A DNA stretch of 64,000 bases from Takakia lepidozioides (taxonomy: Eukaryota; Plantae; Bryophyta), in the NCBI GenBank assembly GCA_030704615.1, contig CM060732.1, forward strand, positions 51,894,001-51,958,000, given 5' to 3'. Shown here one piece after another: positions 51,520 to 63,774 of this stretch. A program made the translations under genes and the position numbers. Under the pieces are notes generated by a model. It worked only from the letters and a program-made list of their open reading frames with translations. It was not told where the DNA came from and made no database searches. Every line of letters begins with the position of its first letter. Positions within the stretch are counted from its first letter, which is position 1.

Positions 51520-52040
51520 CCAGGTCAAGCAATTGAGACCCATTGCTTGCCCCAACACCTGAGACGTGATGCCTCAGAAGAGAAGGCACCGCCGTGGTCC
51601 CAGTGGAAAAACCCATAGCCCGCTCGCGCTCATCAGCATTAGGCTCCACTAACTGCTGCAACTGAGTATCCCAAAGGAGGCCAGGTCCACTATCCCAGAA
51701 AGCATGCGATCCTAAGAAGCTGAGTAGTGTAGGTAGTGCTGTTCGTGGTTGACCCACCTTGTTGGCCACTGCCAAAGACGAACGGTCATTGTGTCTCACG
51801 CTGAGACTGCCTCCCTGTGTCCAAAATGCTATCCACTGTGAGGTGTGTTGGTCGTTGCACCCCATCAAATGCACGCTTGAGTAGTGCAGGTGGCATCAAG
51901 TTAGTCCACCATAGCCGTGGACGATGAGCCCGTGACCCCACTGAAGCTGCATCCAGCAATACTGCTGACCCAAGCCATGACCGGACTTGATGCACACTGG
52001 CCATCACCCTGGCCCGAGAATCGCCCATCAGGGACGGCAA
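51520..52040 (-). pseudogene. DNMT3-like C5 cytosine methyltransferase fragment (motifs VIII-X), retrotransposon-borne
   Basis: LDAASVGSRAHRPRLWWTNL (motif VIII), EPNADERERAMGFSTGTT (IX), LGQAM (X); frameshifted; motifs I-VI absent. Confidence 0.75.
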
Positions 52041-52610
52041 TCACCGAGACAGACATCCCAACAAGTACCACACCCACCTTGCGTGCACCAGCTCCCTGCC
52101 AACATACAGCCAACCATGTAAGTGCCCCGCCCCACAAGACCTCACAAGCATGAACTGTATGCACTCACAGAAACACAGGAACACAATCACCTTGCTCGTA
52201 TGCGATGGGCCTCCCGCTAGCAAATGCCAAGGCACATGAACGTGGAGCTACACTGGGGACAGTAATGGTGAGTCCGCTTGTGACAACGTGCACACTGCCT
52301 GCGGAGCGTAGAATGCAAGCTTTGGTGGGCATCGCTCGTGCCTTATTGCCCTTAGCTATTTTTTATAAAAGCGGAGTCCTCGCCTCACCACTAAAGTGAC
52401 ATATCCACATTTCTAAACTTGTTACAGGTTTCCAGAAATTTTAAAGGTCAAATTCCTAGATTTTCTAAATGTCTTTTTGTACATGAAGCCTGTGGGGTGG
52501 TTTCAAAAGCCATGAATATGCTTGAACTTCAAAATGGACATTCCCAAAAATTAGGACCAAGAAAAGGAATGTATTTTGGAAATCGCCGTGGTGACAACGT
52601 TATATGCACT

Positions 52611-53254
52611 CCCTTAAGCGCACAATGGTCTCCGTTGACTTTTTCCAAAAACATTACGAAAAATGACAATAATTCTCAGGAAGAAAATAATTTCCAAAAA
52701 CTAACCGCACATTACCTCGCCACCTTACCTCCTGCATGCACCTGCCAGTTTTCAGGGCAACCAGAAAAGATCCAACAAAACCCCACCGTTGGAAGTGGGC
52801 CCATTTTTGGCCCCTTGTGCAATAAAAAATAGTTTCCAGGGAGCTTTTTGGAGTTTTGGGTGACGGGATGAAGTCAGAATCTGCTGATTCTGCGACCACA
52901 TCATCCCTCTTACATCTGTCATCCAACAAACCTATTTTCATTGGATTTGGCCAAGAATTGTGGTGTTGACACTTGGTCAAACATGGGGGGTCATTTTGTG
53001 GATTTTCTTATTTGGTGCTGACGCGAAGGAATCCAATGTGGTAAGGAAAGCGCGGGACGGGAGCTGGCCGCCAGACGCCCATCAAGCGTAACGGCATATC
53101 TTTGCCCTAACCTAGTGGATTCTCATCTGTGGGCACCCACTTGGCTGCCGAACCCCACCGCACAAAAATCATGCAATTTGGCCAAAATCTGAAAAAGTTA
53201 TTAACTCTTGAGTAACCCACAAGGCCCTGTGCGGGCCTGGTGGGCGCTTAAGGG
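52611..53254. mobile_element. piggyBac-like MITE family 2 (paralog of 14261-14905)
   Basis: CCCTTAAGCGCACA ... TGGGCGCTTAAGGG|TTAA. Confidence 0.72.
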
Positions 53255-54258
53255 TTAACATGCTGCTGTATTTTCTAACGCATCCAATGGTGGAATAAAG
53301 AAAACAGTCGGGCAAAAGTTAGACCAGCAAGTTTTGGCCATTGGGGCTGGGAATTACCTACACCGACAGAAGATTCCAGCAACTTCCTTAGGGCCATGTC
53401 AACTAAATGCTCTTGCACCCTATGTGGAGCTGCCAGGCTGTCTTCATGTCACGGGCCGGAACAGGCCCTGATGGCCACCTCCGGCGTCACAGCCCGGTTG
53501 TGCATACCCAATCGAGGCCACGCAGATGGTCAACTCTGCATGGTCCCCTCTCCAAGATGGAAATAGATGACCCTCGAATAATCCTGCGAGGGGTTGCTTT
53601 TATTCAAATTCAAAGCATTAAATGCCAGAGGGTGGGCCATCAGGTCCAAAAACAAATTTAAAAAAAAAATCTGAACAAATGACGGGCTTTTTTTCACACC
53701 GCAAGCACTAGGCTTACCCCACGAGTTTAAGGCAAGCTTGTGAGGTGGTGGGCCCACTGGCCTGAGCTCAGGGAGGCCCGGCAGACTCTGGCATACTACT
53801 TGTCAAATGTCTTCCCCCATTGTGAAGGTGGGGAGCGCTCCACACCTCCTGCTCCCTCCTCACGCTCCCCACCTTTAGGACCATGTTCCCCAACATTCTC
53901 CAATTTTGCTCCCATGTTCCCGGTCCAAGATCCTTGCTCCCCATAGTGGGACAGGGGAGCGGGAAGGGGAGCAAGCTGCATTCCATAGGGCGAGGAGGGG
54001 AGCAGGGTCGAGATCCAGGAGCGCGGAACGGGGCGAGGAAGGGAGCAAGGACCGGGAACAGGGGAGCGAGCCGCGTTCCACAAGGCGAGGAGGGGAGCGG
54101 GGACCAAGAATAGGGGAGCGAGGACAAGGGACATGGATAGGGGAGCGGGACTGGGAACAAGGAGGAGACAGAGGGAACAGGGGAGCGTAGCGACGATCTT
54201 GGACTTAGGATTATTTTGGAGATGAAAAAATATATTATTCAGTCCCATGTGCAACCTA

Positions 54259-54497
54259 TCAGTCAACATGACTCTAGTGACACGAATTGAATCTCATACC
54301 TGTTCATTGCATCACACATCACGTAATCACCACACTACCATCCACAAATCTACAAATTTAGGCTTTAATCTACAAATTCAGTCAACATGACTCTAGTGAC
54401 ACGAATTGAATCTCATACCTGTTCATTGCATCACACATCACGTAATCACCACACTACCATCCACAAATCTACAAATTTAGGCTTTAATCTACAAATT
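54259..54497 (+). repeat. Tandem duplication, 2 x ~119 bp
   Basis: TCAGTCAACATGACTCTAGTG...TAATCTACAAAT occurs twice. Confidence 0.88.
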
Positions 54498-56140
54498 CAG
54501 GCTCCCAGGTGAGAGGGGAGCAAGGGGGGTGCGGATTTGACAATGCGCCCCGCCGGGACGGCGCCGGTATGGCCATCCCCGGCGACCGTACTGGCAAGGC
54601 TCTTGCGCTTGCATTCAACTAGTCGGGTAAGCGTAGTTTGCTCCTTTTCACACATGCCGCGACCCGTTTCAGGTCGCATAGGCAGTTAAGGGTTAATGTT
54701 ATGGTTATTATCATTTCTTCAATCGAGTGAGCAATACAAAATATTTTATTTTTAAGTTTCACATTTATTTTGTAGGTGTTATGTGTCATTTTTTTAGCAA
54801 TTTTATTCTATAAGCCTATAGACATGGGTGGATACTGGATACACATATATTAATTAGAAAAGAGAAACACCTTGGAACAACCACTCACAAATCAGGCCCC
54901 TGCATTATAGTTAGAAGAGAAAAGAGGACCAAACACGAGCTCAAGGGACACTGCCCAAAGGAAGGGGAAGAAGATGTAGGATTTGAATCCAGAATCACTT
55001 GGGTGGCATTTAATGCTCTATCCAACTATCAGCTGATTATTTATTATTGGTTATTGATTCCATTATTTATTTGTTTTTTTTTAATGCTAAAACTGTTCCA
55101 ATAGTATTGTGTCATGATGGTATGGTTTTATACGGAAGACAATAGGAATAGTGAAAATAATAATAATGTAAGAACTGAATGGACGCGTGTGATCTGAAAG
55201 TACTTTAGCCACATTCCGGCAACTTGGGCTCCTCCGGTGGGGCCCCTGTCAAATCCTCCCTACCCCCTCTTACCTCGGTTTCACTATTAAACTCTTAGAA
55301 CGCAAGTGAGTGTAAGTTGTGGTGGGTAGTGTGACGGTAAGGTCATAGCATTTGAGCGGCAAGGTTTAGGGTTCGGTTCTTGGTGGCAGGCTCTCATAGT
55401 GTAGCCCCGGTCGCTGTAACCCTCCAATTGGTGTATGTAACCCCCGTTTCTCATGTGGTTAGTCCGTTTTATACTTAGCCACATCTGGACTTAGTGAAAT
55501 TTCGAGACCAAGTGTGGGTTACACCGACTTGTGTAACCCCGAGTGGTGTTACACACCTCGTCGTGTAACCCGATGTAACTCCAAGTGGAGTTACACACCA
55601 CGTCATGTAACCCCGGCTGGAGTGACACTCCTTCAGTTCCATGTCACTCTCAAGAGAGGGTGGGGAAGATTTGACATGCCGGAAACCAGCATACCAGGAC
55701 AAATGCCGCACACGAAAACCAAGATTGCATTATATCTGGGACTATTGAATCATATTTCATATTTCTTAAAAAAACAAACTACCTAGTCACTTCTATTATT
55801 TCATCGTTCATTTTTGTAATAATAATTAATATAATAACTGTGTCATTGTACTTACAAATGTGGATCCTTTTTTTATAGGACAAGGGAGTCAACAATAATT
55901 GGAATATTTTGACTTGAACTAACACCAACAGTTAATAAAACATGGAATTACATGTTTTTAGTATATCTGACTTTGTAAATATATTTTGGACATATGACTT
56001 GACATTGTCCATCAGGATATTTATCGATCATACGTGGTGGCCTTTGGGATTATCAATCTTACCTATCATTACACCCCATTGCATCATCATATAAATGAAA
56101 TAAACTAGAGGCCAACCAAAGCAGCTGACAGAGTTACCTA

Positions 56141-56720
56141 GGCAAGTAATAGAAAATGCCCGGGAGTTGAATGTGCCCGGGCCGGTAAGCCGGTAAGCGT
56201 ACGTGGCCCGCCGCCCACCCGCAGCCGCGCCCCCCTAGTCTGGCGCCTCAGATCCGCGTGGTCACCGCGACGCGTCTTGGTAGGCCCCACGCAGTCTAGA
56301 GACCCTTTTTCTGTATAAGTAACATTAAATTCAACCAGTTTTCGTGTAGCAGCACGCAGCCCAGTGGTGATCGCTGTTGCCTGCATGCGGAGGTGACGGG
56401 GTCGAACTTCAACGGTTCTACATCTTAGGCAATTTACGTTGCTACTTCAAAAAAATTCTAAGTCCTGAGTCGATGCCCATCTTCACGCATAGTCATACAT
56501 ATATGGAAATACATGAGAAATACATGGTCATGCATGTGGGGTCTCAGGTTCGGGTACCAATTAGTGTATGATGTCAGATAATACTAGAGTTTTTGTTTGA
56601 TTTTGCAACTAAAGTTCCAAGTTTAAATGCTCACTTTTTTTCTTTTCTTTTTTAATTTTTAAAAAGGAAACCTGGGAGCCATGCTCACAATTCAGGCCCT
56701 TGAGGAGGGGGAAAAATTAA
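56141..56720. mobile_element. MULE-like element, left arm
   Basis: Long (~400 bp) imperfect terminal repeat starting GGCAAGTAATAGAAAA directly after target GAGTTACCTA (56131-56140); absent from block A. Confidence 0.7.
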
Positions 56721-56739
56721 TCCCCTTTCAAATAAGCCA

Positions 56740-56880
56740 TTAGGCACACAGGTGGGAAACGTCACCACCAGACCAACCGGTCACGAACGATCCACACACC
56801 AAGCAGGGCAGCGGTTTGAACACCGAACCACCAGGGCAACACACTGTGCACTTACGAGCTGAGCTACCAGCTGATGTGCT
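56740..56880 (-). mobile_element. tRNA-derived SINE head at the inversion breakpoint
   Basis: Minus strand AGCACATCAGCTGGTAGCTCAGCTCG...GTTCAAACC. Confidence 0.55.
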
Positions 56881-57518
56881 GTAACACTTGTAAGGGCTTG
56901 TAACTGTTTTAATTATTTTGTCACTAATCGTCAATAAATCTCTCAAGGGCTTCCTCCCCATGCTTTCTCCTCAAATTTTTATTGTAAACATTTCTAAGTT
57001 AGTCCACTGTTGCCTATAAACTGTCCTATTACTACATGTGCATTTGAAACAAATCATTTGCAAGCTTCATTTGCAATTCCAAGAGTCATTGCATATCCAG
57101 CTCTTCGCAAGCCTAGATAAAAATATATCTATTCATAGCACTGGTCAATAGCTCAGTTGGATAAGCACCGAGTACCACCCAGGAGATTCTAGGTTCTTGA
57201 GCAATACCTTGTTGGGTGTCATATTATAATTCTCCATTCCCTTGTGAAACTTCATGACGAGGTTACTGAAAGAGTCCTCAGAAGTGGACTGAGGGACATA
57301 TTATTAACATAAGAAGCTAACTCAATTCAGCTAACTACTATCTAAAACTGGTTAAAAAGATATATCCTTGAGCCCTGTGCTTGGCACCTCATGACAAGGT
57401 TACTATGAAAGAGGTTATCTTCTCCTCTAACTATATTTAAGGGTGGGGAATATATTAACGTTTAGCTTGGTATAAAGTTTGAATTTGAATGCTAATACAA
57501 AAAGTAGTAGAAACCAAT

Positions 57519-57936
57519 TCATGTGGTCCATGCCGGATAATCACCATTACCATCATAGGCATAAATAACAGCCTTTCCATCATCTCGCAATATCAATGTG
57601 CAATCATACCCGGAGTTCGACACTCGATTGTCCCATAAGAACGAGTTGGTCATTGCATCTATAATCACCATGTGTGAATCTGTATTTAGGTAAAGGTAGC
57701 ACTGTGAACCTTGTACTCCCTTGGTCTGCGTACTCCACACAAGAGTGTCGCCCTTGTACAACACCAAATTGCAATCATCTTGCATTGTCAAGAGATATTC
57801 GAGATTGGTGCTTTGGAGAGATTGACCCATATACAACGAGTTGGTGGCGCTAAGGGTCGGAGGAATTGGGCTACAAGTGCCGATAATGTCAATATGGCCA
57901 CTAACAAGATTATGTGTGCATACCTAAACCACCCAT
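57519..57936 (-). pseudogene. GNA lectin copy B (inverted); signal peptide destroyed, possible 103-aa ORF from new ATG 57830
   Basis: 7-bp deletion gives ATG CAC ACA TAA, followed by a 16-bp deletion; lectin domain stays open with QDDCNLVLY. Confidence 0.75.
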
Positions 57937-58191
57937 ATTTCTCTTTCTTTGGTGCAAGACAATTGTGGAGTTTTCCTTATGCTCAAGCATGTGATCTCTA
58001 TTGAAGCTAGCTGGTCCAGTCTTTTGGTTCTCTTATATGGAATGCAGCTCAGATTTATATGTTGTTTGATATTATAGCCAAAGTAAGGGTATATTACATA
58101 TATCGAATTAAAAAATTAAAAATGACATCTGCGATGCGATTTGTTTGTTTTATTATTAGCGTTTGATAGTCTCAAAGTACGTAGGTAACTC

Positions 58192-59450
58192 GGCAAGTAA
58201 TAGAAAAGGCCCGGGAGTTGAATGCGCCCGGCCCGGTAAGCGTGCGTGGCCCGCCGCCCACCCACAGCCGCGCCCTCCTAGTCTGGCGCCTCAGATCCGC
58301 GCGGTCACCGCGACGACGCCCATGTCTTGGTAGGCCCCACGCAGTCTAGAGTCTCTTTTTCTGTATAACTAACATTAAATTCGGCTGGTTGTAATGTAGC
58401 AGCACGCAGCCGAGTGGTGCGACCGCTCTTACTTGAAAGCGAAGGCTACAGGGGGAACTTCAACGGTTCTACAACTTAGGCTTTTTGCGCTGCTACTTCA
58501 AAAAAAATCTATGTCTTCACTCATAGTCACAAATGTATGGAAATACATGAGAAGTATAGGGTTGTGGGCCCGGTCTCAGGTTTACATATTGTCAAATCTC
58601 ATGTATTATGCAAATACATGAGAAATATATGGACATGCATGTTCCCGATAAGCTCCCAATCTTTGCAATTTACTTCAAAAAAATTGTAATTTTGTGAAAG
58701 TAGTTACATGGTGACTATACTTGGATGACCATCTTAAAAAATAGTCATACAGGAGAAAATGTATGGTCAGGCATGAGTACATGAGCTGTCTTCATGCAAA
58801 AGTCTTGAATGGTATATATTATAATTATGTATGACAAATATATCATACTTCAAACCATGTATTTCCATGTAGTATTAATACTTTATCTCTATGCATAAAA
58901 ATCGTGAACTCACGGATTCAATTTACAATGGATGAGATGGTGCCTATGAATCTACTAATATCATTCTTTTTATTTTCAATCGTTGCAAAGTCAAACATGA
59001 TTTGAATGCATTGTCATATCTATTAGCATAGTCGTACATACATGATGTCATGTCTCATTCATGCACATTGCTTGTGGCATATGTATGACAATGCATCAAA
59101 CTTGTCATGTATTTTCATGCATTATTAAAACTCTATTTCTATGCATACAAGTCATGAGGTCGTGGGTTCATATAACAATGAATGAGATGATGAGTATGAA
59201 TCTTAATATCTTTACTAATAGAATTCTTTTATTCTTATTACTTGAAACATAAAATTGCATGTGTCATACATGGACTACATGAAATCTGGTATTATTTTCA
59301 TGCACAGTCACACATAAGAAATCAGTTGCATTGTCATACATATATATAGACATACGATGTGATGTGTGTCCATGCAAGACTTATGTCTGAAGACAACTGA
59401 TGTATTTCCATGCATGACCATTTATTTCTCATGTGCGACTATGCAAGAGA
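58192..59450. mobile_element. MULE-like element, inverted right arm plus internal AT/CATG-rich sequence
   Basis: Starts GGCAAGTAATAGAAAA after TAGGTAACTC (58182-58191), the reverse complement of the 10-bp target. Confidence 0.7.
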
Positions 59451-61442
59451 ATGGTGTCAAAATAAATAAATTTGTGAACACGTTGCTCAAGAAAGTGTAT
59501 TTAGTATATAATGGGATGATGTAGTTCATAGATTTATCCTACCCAATGGCGGGTATAAATTAACATGAGGGTATGTTGTAATCAAGGGTATATTTATCCC
59601 ATATGCATGGTGGGCATGGAAAATTTATGACTACATAGAACCATACAAGCTGTGCATTAGGGCCAAAATCTGATATACTTGTTATGAATGTATCATTTAC
59701 TCAAGGGTATTATATAGGGTAAATGATTTTATTTATATCTTGTATTTATACATATCCATCATTACAAAAACACCAGGGTAAATGTATTTGCATATATTAC
59801 TCAAAATAAGAGGTATTTACCTGGCTTCCCTTCAATTGCATGACCCTCTTCTTCAGTCCATTCCTGAAAAGGATATTCCATCGCATGATTGTTTAGGATT
59901 GAATGTCGAAGGTGGAAGCCAACCTAACAAATGTGAAGAGGATTTCGTGGATCTCACTCTACAATCCTCACCCTCCCTGTTAAGTGTCAAGGGTCTGAAA
60001 TCTATCTCGAGAATATCAGCCATTGAGGGCACGGCTGAGGCTGCGGCTCCGCAGCACACTGTTGCCTCTCTTCCCTCATCACGAGGGTTGGACAACCCAA
60101 ATCAGAAGGAGTCAGGTAAAATTACTTATATCTGAATTCTTACTCGTCCTTTTGTTTTCCTTAGTACTGGGTCTGATGTTCTTGTTTTACTCCAGGCCAG
60201 AAAATCTGCGGATTATGACCTTCCTGTCAAACGACGTCTTCATTGGAATTATGTTCCGAAGTAATCCCTTCATTACGTGTGTATTCCATTCAGGATGTGG
60301 AGTGCTTAAGGGACAATTTCTATTCCGTTCCCCTTTTCGGCAATTCTTTGGACAAGGACAAGGACGAAACAATTGCAACTTCTCGGCTTCCCGACCCTGC
60401 AGTGTTGGCTCAATGTTCTGCACCAAGGAAGCAGAATAGAGCCCCCAAACCATTTCCATCTCTTTTACAAATCGGTTCCACCAGAAAGAAGTTTGTCTTC
60501 AGAGACAAAGCAGACTCGAGGAAGAAAATGAATACCTCGGACATACCGGGGTCTCGTCAAAACACGTCCGTTGGGATCCCAAGTCCGCTAGCGAGACTTT
60601 CCAATAAGGCAACATTGGTATTATTCGATATCATTTCTCCATTTTTTTTTTTTCTTTTGTGTTCGTTTGGTTCTGCACTAATTTACTCCATCTTTTCTCA
60701 ACAGGCGGGGATGCAACACGATACCTTCATCAATTTCCCTCTGTACAAGGTACTTTCTTGAACCTCCACTTGGCAGTCGATGTTCCTCTTGTTCCCAATA
60801 TTAACCCTCATCTCGAAACATTCCAAGCCCACAACATATACAAGTTTTTGCCACTTTTTGCACAATCGTGTTGATCTTCCGTACACTCAATCATTCTGGG
60901 TCATGGGTATTTTCATGGCAGAAACACTAATGTCAGTGTGTGATTAACTTGCTCATGATAACTTTGTCTCTCATCTTTTACATGCAACAGCGGGGAAGAG
61001 GAAACAAATGTTGTTAATTTTGAGTGTCAACGGACTCCTGTGCTACCGGCCACCCCCAACCGGCGGTGAACTGTTTAAGGTTTCTTTGGGAATGTGACAC
61101 TTCAAGTTCCTGACAGACCGTTTGTGGTGCCTCGGCCTGGAGTCTCAACCTCTTCAGCAACATTGTCATTCTCAATTTGAAGCTTCTTAAAATTCGCTTC
61201 AACTTTTCATTTGCAATTTTTTTTTTTGTTGAGTGGTTGATGTCAAGCACTCGAATATTTCTTGCCTGCAGATAAACCTAGTCAGTAAAACAGAGGACGT
61301 GTTCAAACAAAAATATAAAAAAATGTATTTAAAATGCAAACATGTTTTACACTTATATGAAGGGCGTACGTACGTCAACATCACGCCACCGAAGAAGTTT
61401 GACAAAAGATGATGGCTTCCCAAAAGGCCCTTCAAGAATCGG

Positions 61443-63774
61443 CTAAATTGGCTCAATTAAGAGCACTGTCGCGATGTGCTCGTCCGGATTCTGCATCCCC
61501 TCAGGTGTCGCTGGAAAAACGTAGTCCAAGCACAGGGCAGTCCGAGAGAAAGTCTTCGTGCTATTTTTGTAAACGTTTTCATACTCCCCCGGAACATAAA
61601 ATCCCTGCCGGACAAAATACAATGTTCGTCCGGGACCATTTTGGATGTAGGAGACCAGATTGGCCGAGGACGGTTGTGTCGAGAAGAAAACAAAAGCACT
61701 CGTGTTCATTTTTCGAGCCACAAAAGCTTCCAGTATGTTCACATAGTCCTTGGCCTCAGAAATTGTATTGACGAACACCATCGCTATGTTGTCAAACCGT
61801 TTCTTCGGTGCGAGTCGCAAACGGGACTTGGCATCGGCGAATTTTGGTTTCCCCCCCCATGAGAGCATAATGAGACTTGAAACTCGCTGAAATAATGGCC
61901 ATGACATCCTCTCTATCATCATAAGCTTTGTTGATGGTGGAGACGTACTTAACAAAAGGGGCCGTGAGTGGTTTTGTCTCCATGTTCATCTTAATCTTGC
62001 TTTGAATGTAATCCGTCCCCAGTTTGTCTTTAAATGTTGAGAACTATGCCTTATTGAAGTGGTATTTTTTTTCACTTTATGCCACTCGTCCTTAGTGTAT
62101 GGTTCCGTACACTGTTTGTTCCTATGAGGCCACCCCAACACTTCTATAACATCGTCGACAATAAACCGGTGCATTTTCACGTCATCTATGTACTTGTTCA
62201 TGCCTTGAATTGATTTGTCTTGTCCTTTGTAATATCGAATGGTCAATTTCAAGTCTAGGATTTTCCCTGCTCCCAGCGTTTGAACACATCTTCCCAGATC
62301 TTCCAAACGTCGTCGTCGCAAAGTACCAGAACCATTGCCTCCTTAATGCTACCCATTTCAAGTATCAAATGACAGGCACACATGAACTCCTGCACTTTCA
62401 TCCACGGAAAAATTAGGTGTCACTCCGACAACAGATGTATACTTTAGCATAAAATGAATGTGAATAGTAAATTTTCATTCCATAAATGCATGCCTTCCAT
62501 TGTTTCGTCTCGGACTTGGTGGTGTGATCGTTGTATTTCTTTGGCTTCCCCCTCAGGTTGAATAACATTCGCGCATGCGCAACTTTCTCCTGCATTGTTG
62601 TATCAAACTTTTGCGCCTTCCTCGAGAAGTTCCTGCGACAGTTAAGGTAAAATGGGTGAGAGAGGTGAAAGGGATAGGGACATATCCAATTTCGAGGGAA
62701 CACCAACCTCCACTGCCCAGTGGAGGTTCCTTAAAAGAGAGGGCTGGGTGGAAATGAAGTCCATTGCCTTTGCGGCTACAATGGTGTATTGTCCTCCAAT
62801 GACGAAGAACCTGGATACGTCCATTTCCTTCCATTGCTTCGGTCGCGATGAAACAATCTTCTTTGGATTTGAAGGGTTGATTGGCACAAGATACACCGGA
62901 TGTTTGGAGTCGATCAAATGAAGCTGGGAGAGTCGCGCTTTCACTTCGTCCTTATACTTGATATTTAACGGCCTGTAAACCATGCTCCTTGGAGCTAGTT
63001 CTATCATGGAAACCTTCACAAGGAAGGTACTCTCGAATCCAATCGGAAATACATCGCTATATTCCTTCGTGAGCCTCTCCTCCATCTTCTCCCACTTTTC
63101 CTTGTCAAAAATCTCCCCAGCTTTGGGTCTCTTGTTATCTGTCATCAATGCTGGATCCTGATCCTCCTTCTGTTTCTTCTTGCCTGCGGAAGTCCCGACC
63201 TCATTGTCATTATTCCCAGCAGTCAACGACTTGCGTTTTCCCTTCTTCGGCTTCGATGCTTCCTTCAATGTTCGCTTCTTGCGATTGTCGTTCCCCATTG
63301 TGTGCAGAAGATCCAGAAAAATACTCCAGGCCATCGACAAACCTACGTCGGTAAATACTGAGCCCTCGTCGGGAAATCTAAAACCCAGTCCAATGCATTT
63401 ACTCATCAACGACTTGTTCAGACGATCCACCTCCACTTTGAAACCAAACATCTTTGGGGTTCTCGCATCCTCATACAGGAACAAAACCAACATCGGGTTT
63501 TCCTCTTCAGATTCACGCTCAATATATCAAGAGCTTTTGCGTATTTTACGTCTGTTATTACTCCACGACTTCTGTAATGAAAAGTCAGCTTGTGATCAGG
63601 AGGTGTACCCACAGGGACGATGCCCCAATCTGTCACCTCTGGGTTCAGCTCAAAAATTGCAGTATGGTTACTTTTGAAATTTGAGGACTTGCGGCATATG
63701 AATGCGCCACAAATATCTCCAATCAATTCCGGGACGCAATCTGGTGGTGTAGGATGTTTTCTGTTACAAAACAC
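61443..63774 (-). pseudogene. Degenerate, probably TE-associated ORF with a ParB/Srx-like segment
   Basis: Chain of frameshifted minus-strand ORFs (63418-63774, 62642-63493, 62413-62706, 61986-62321, 61792-61989); YRPLN...PVYLVP...FFVIGGQYTIVAAK resembles the ParB GGxH(R/T) core. Confidence 0.45.

Larger units (their letters stand above)
46926..59821 (+). repeat. Segmental duplication, block B
   Basis: Paralog of block A; includes inverted segment 56881-58191. Confidence 0.95.

Noticed and set aside
46926-59821. Block B as an assembly artefact (uncollapsed haplotype)
   Set aside because: Many substitutions, independent TE insertions and an inversion favour a real duplication, though read depth should confirm it
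59782-60761. Plus-strand ORFs as a host gene
   Set aside because: Possible exon remnants, but no identifiable domain or consistent splice model
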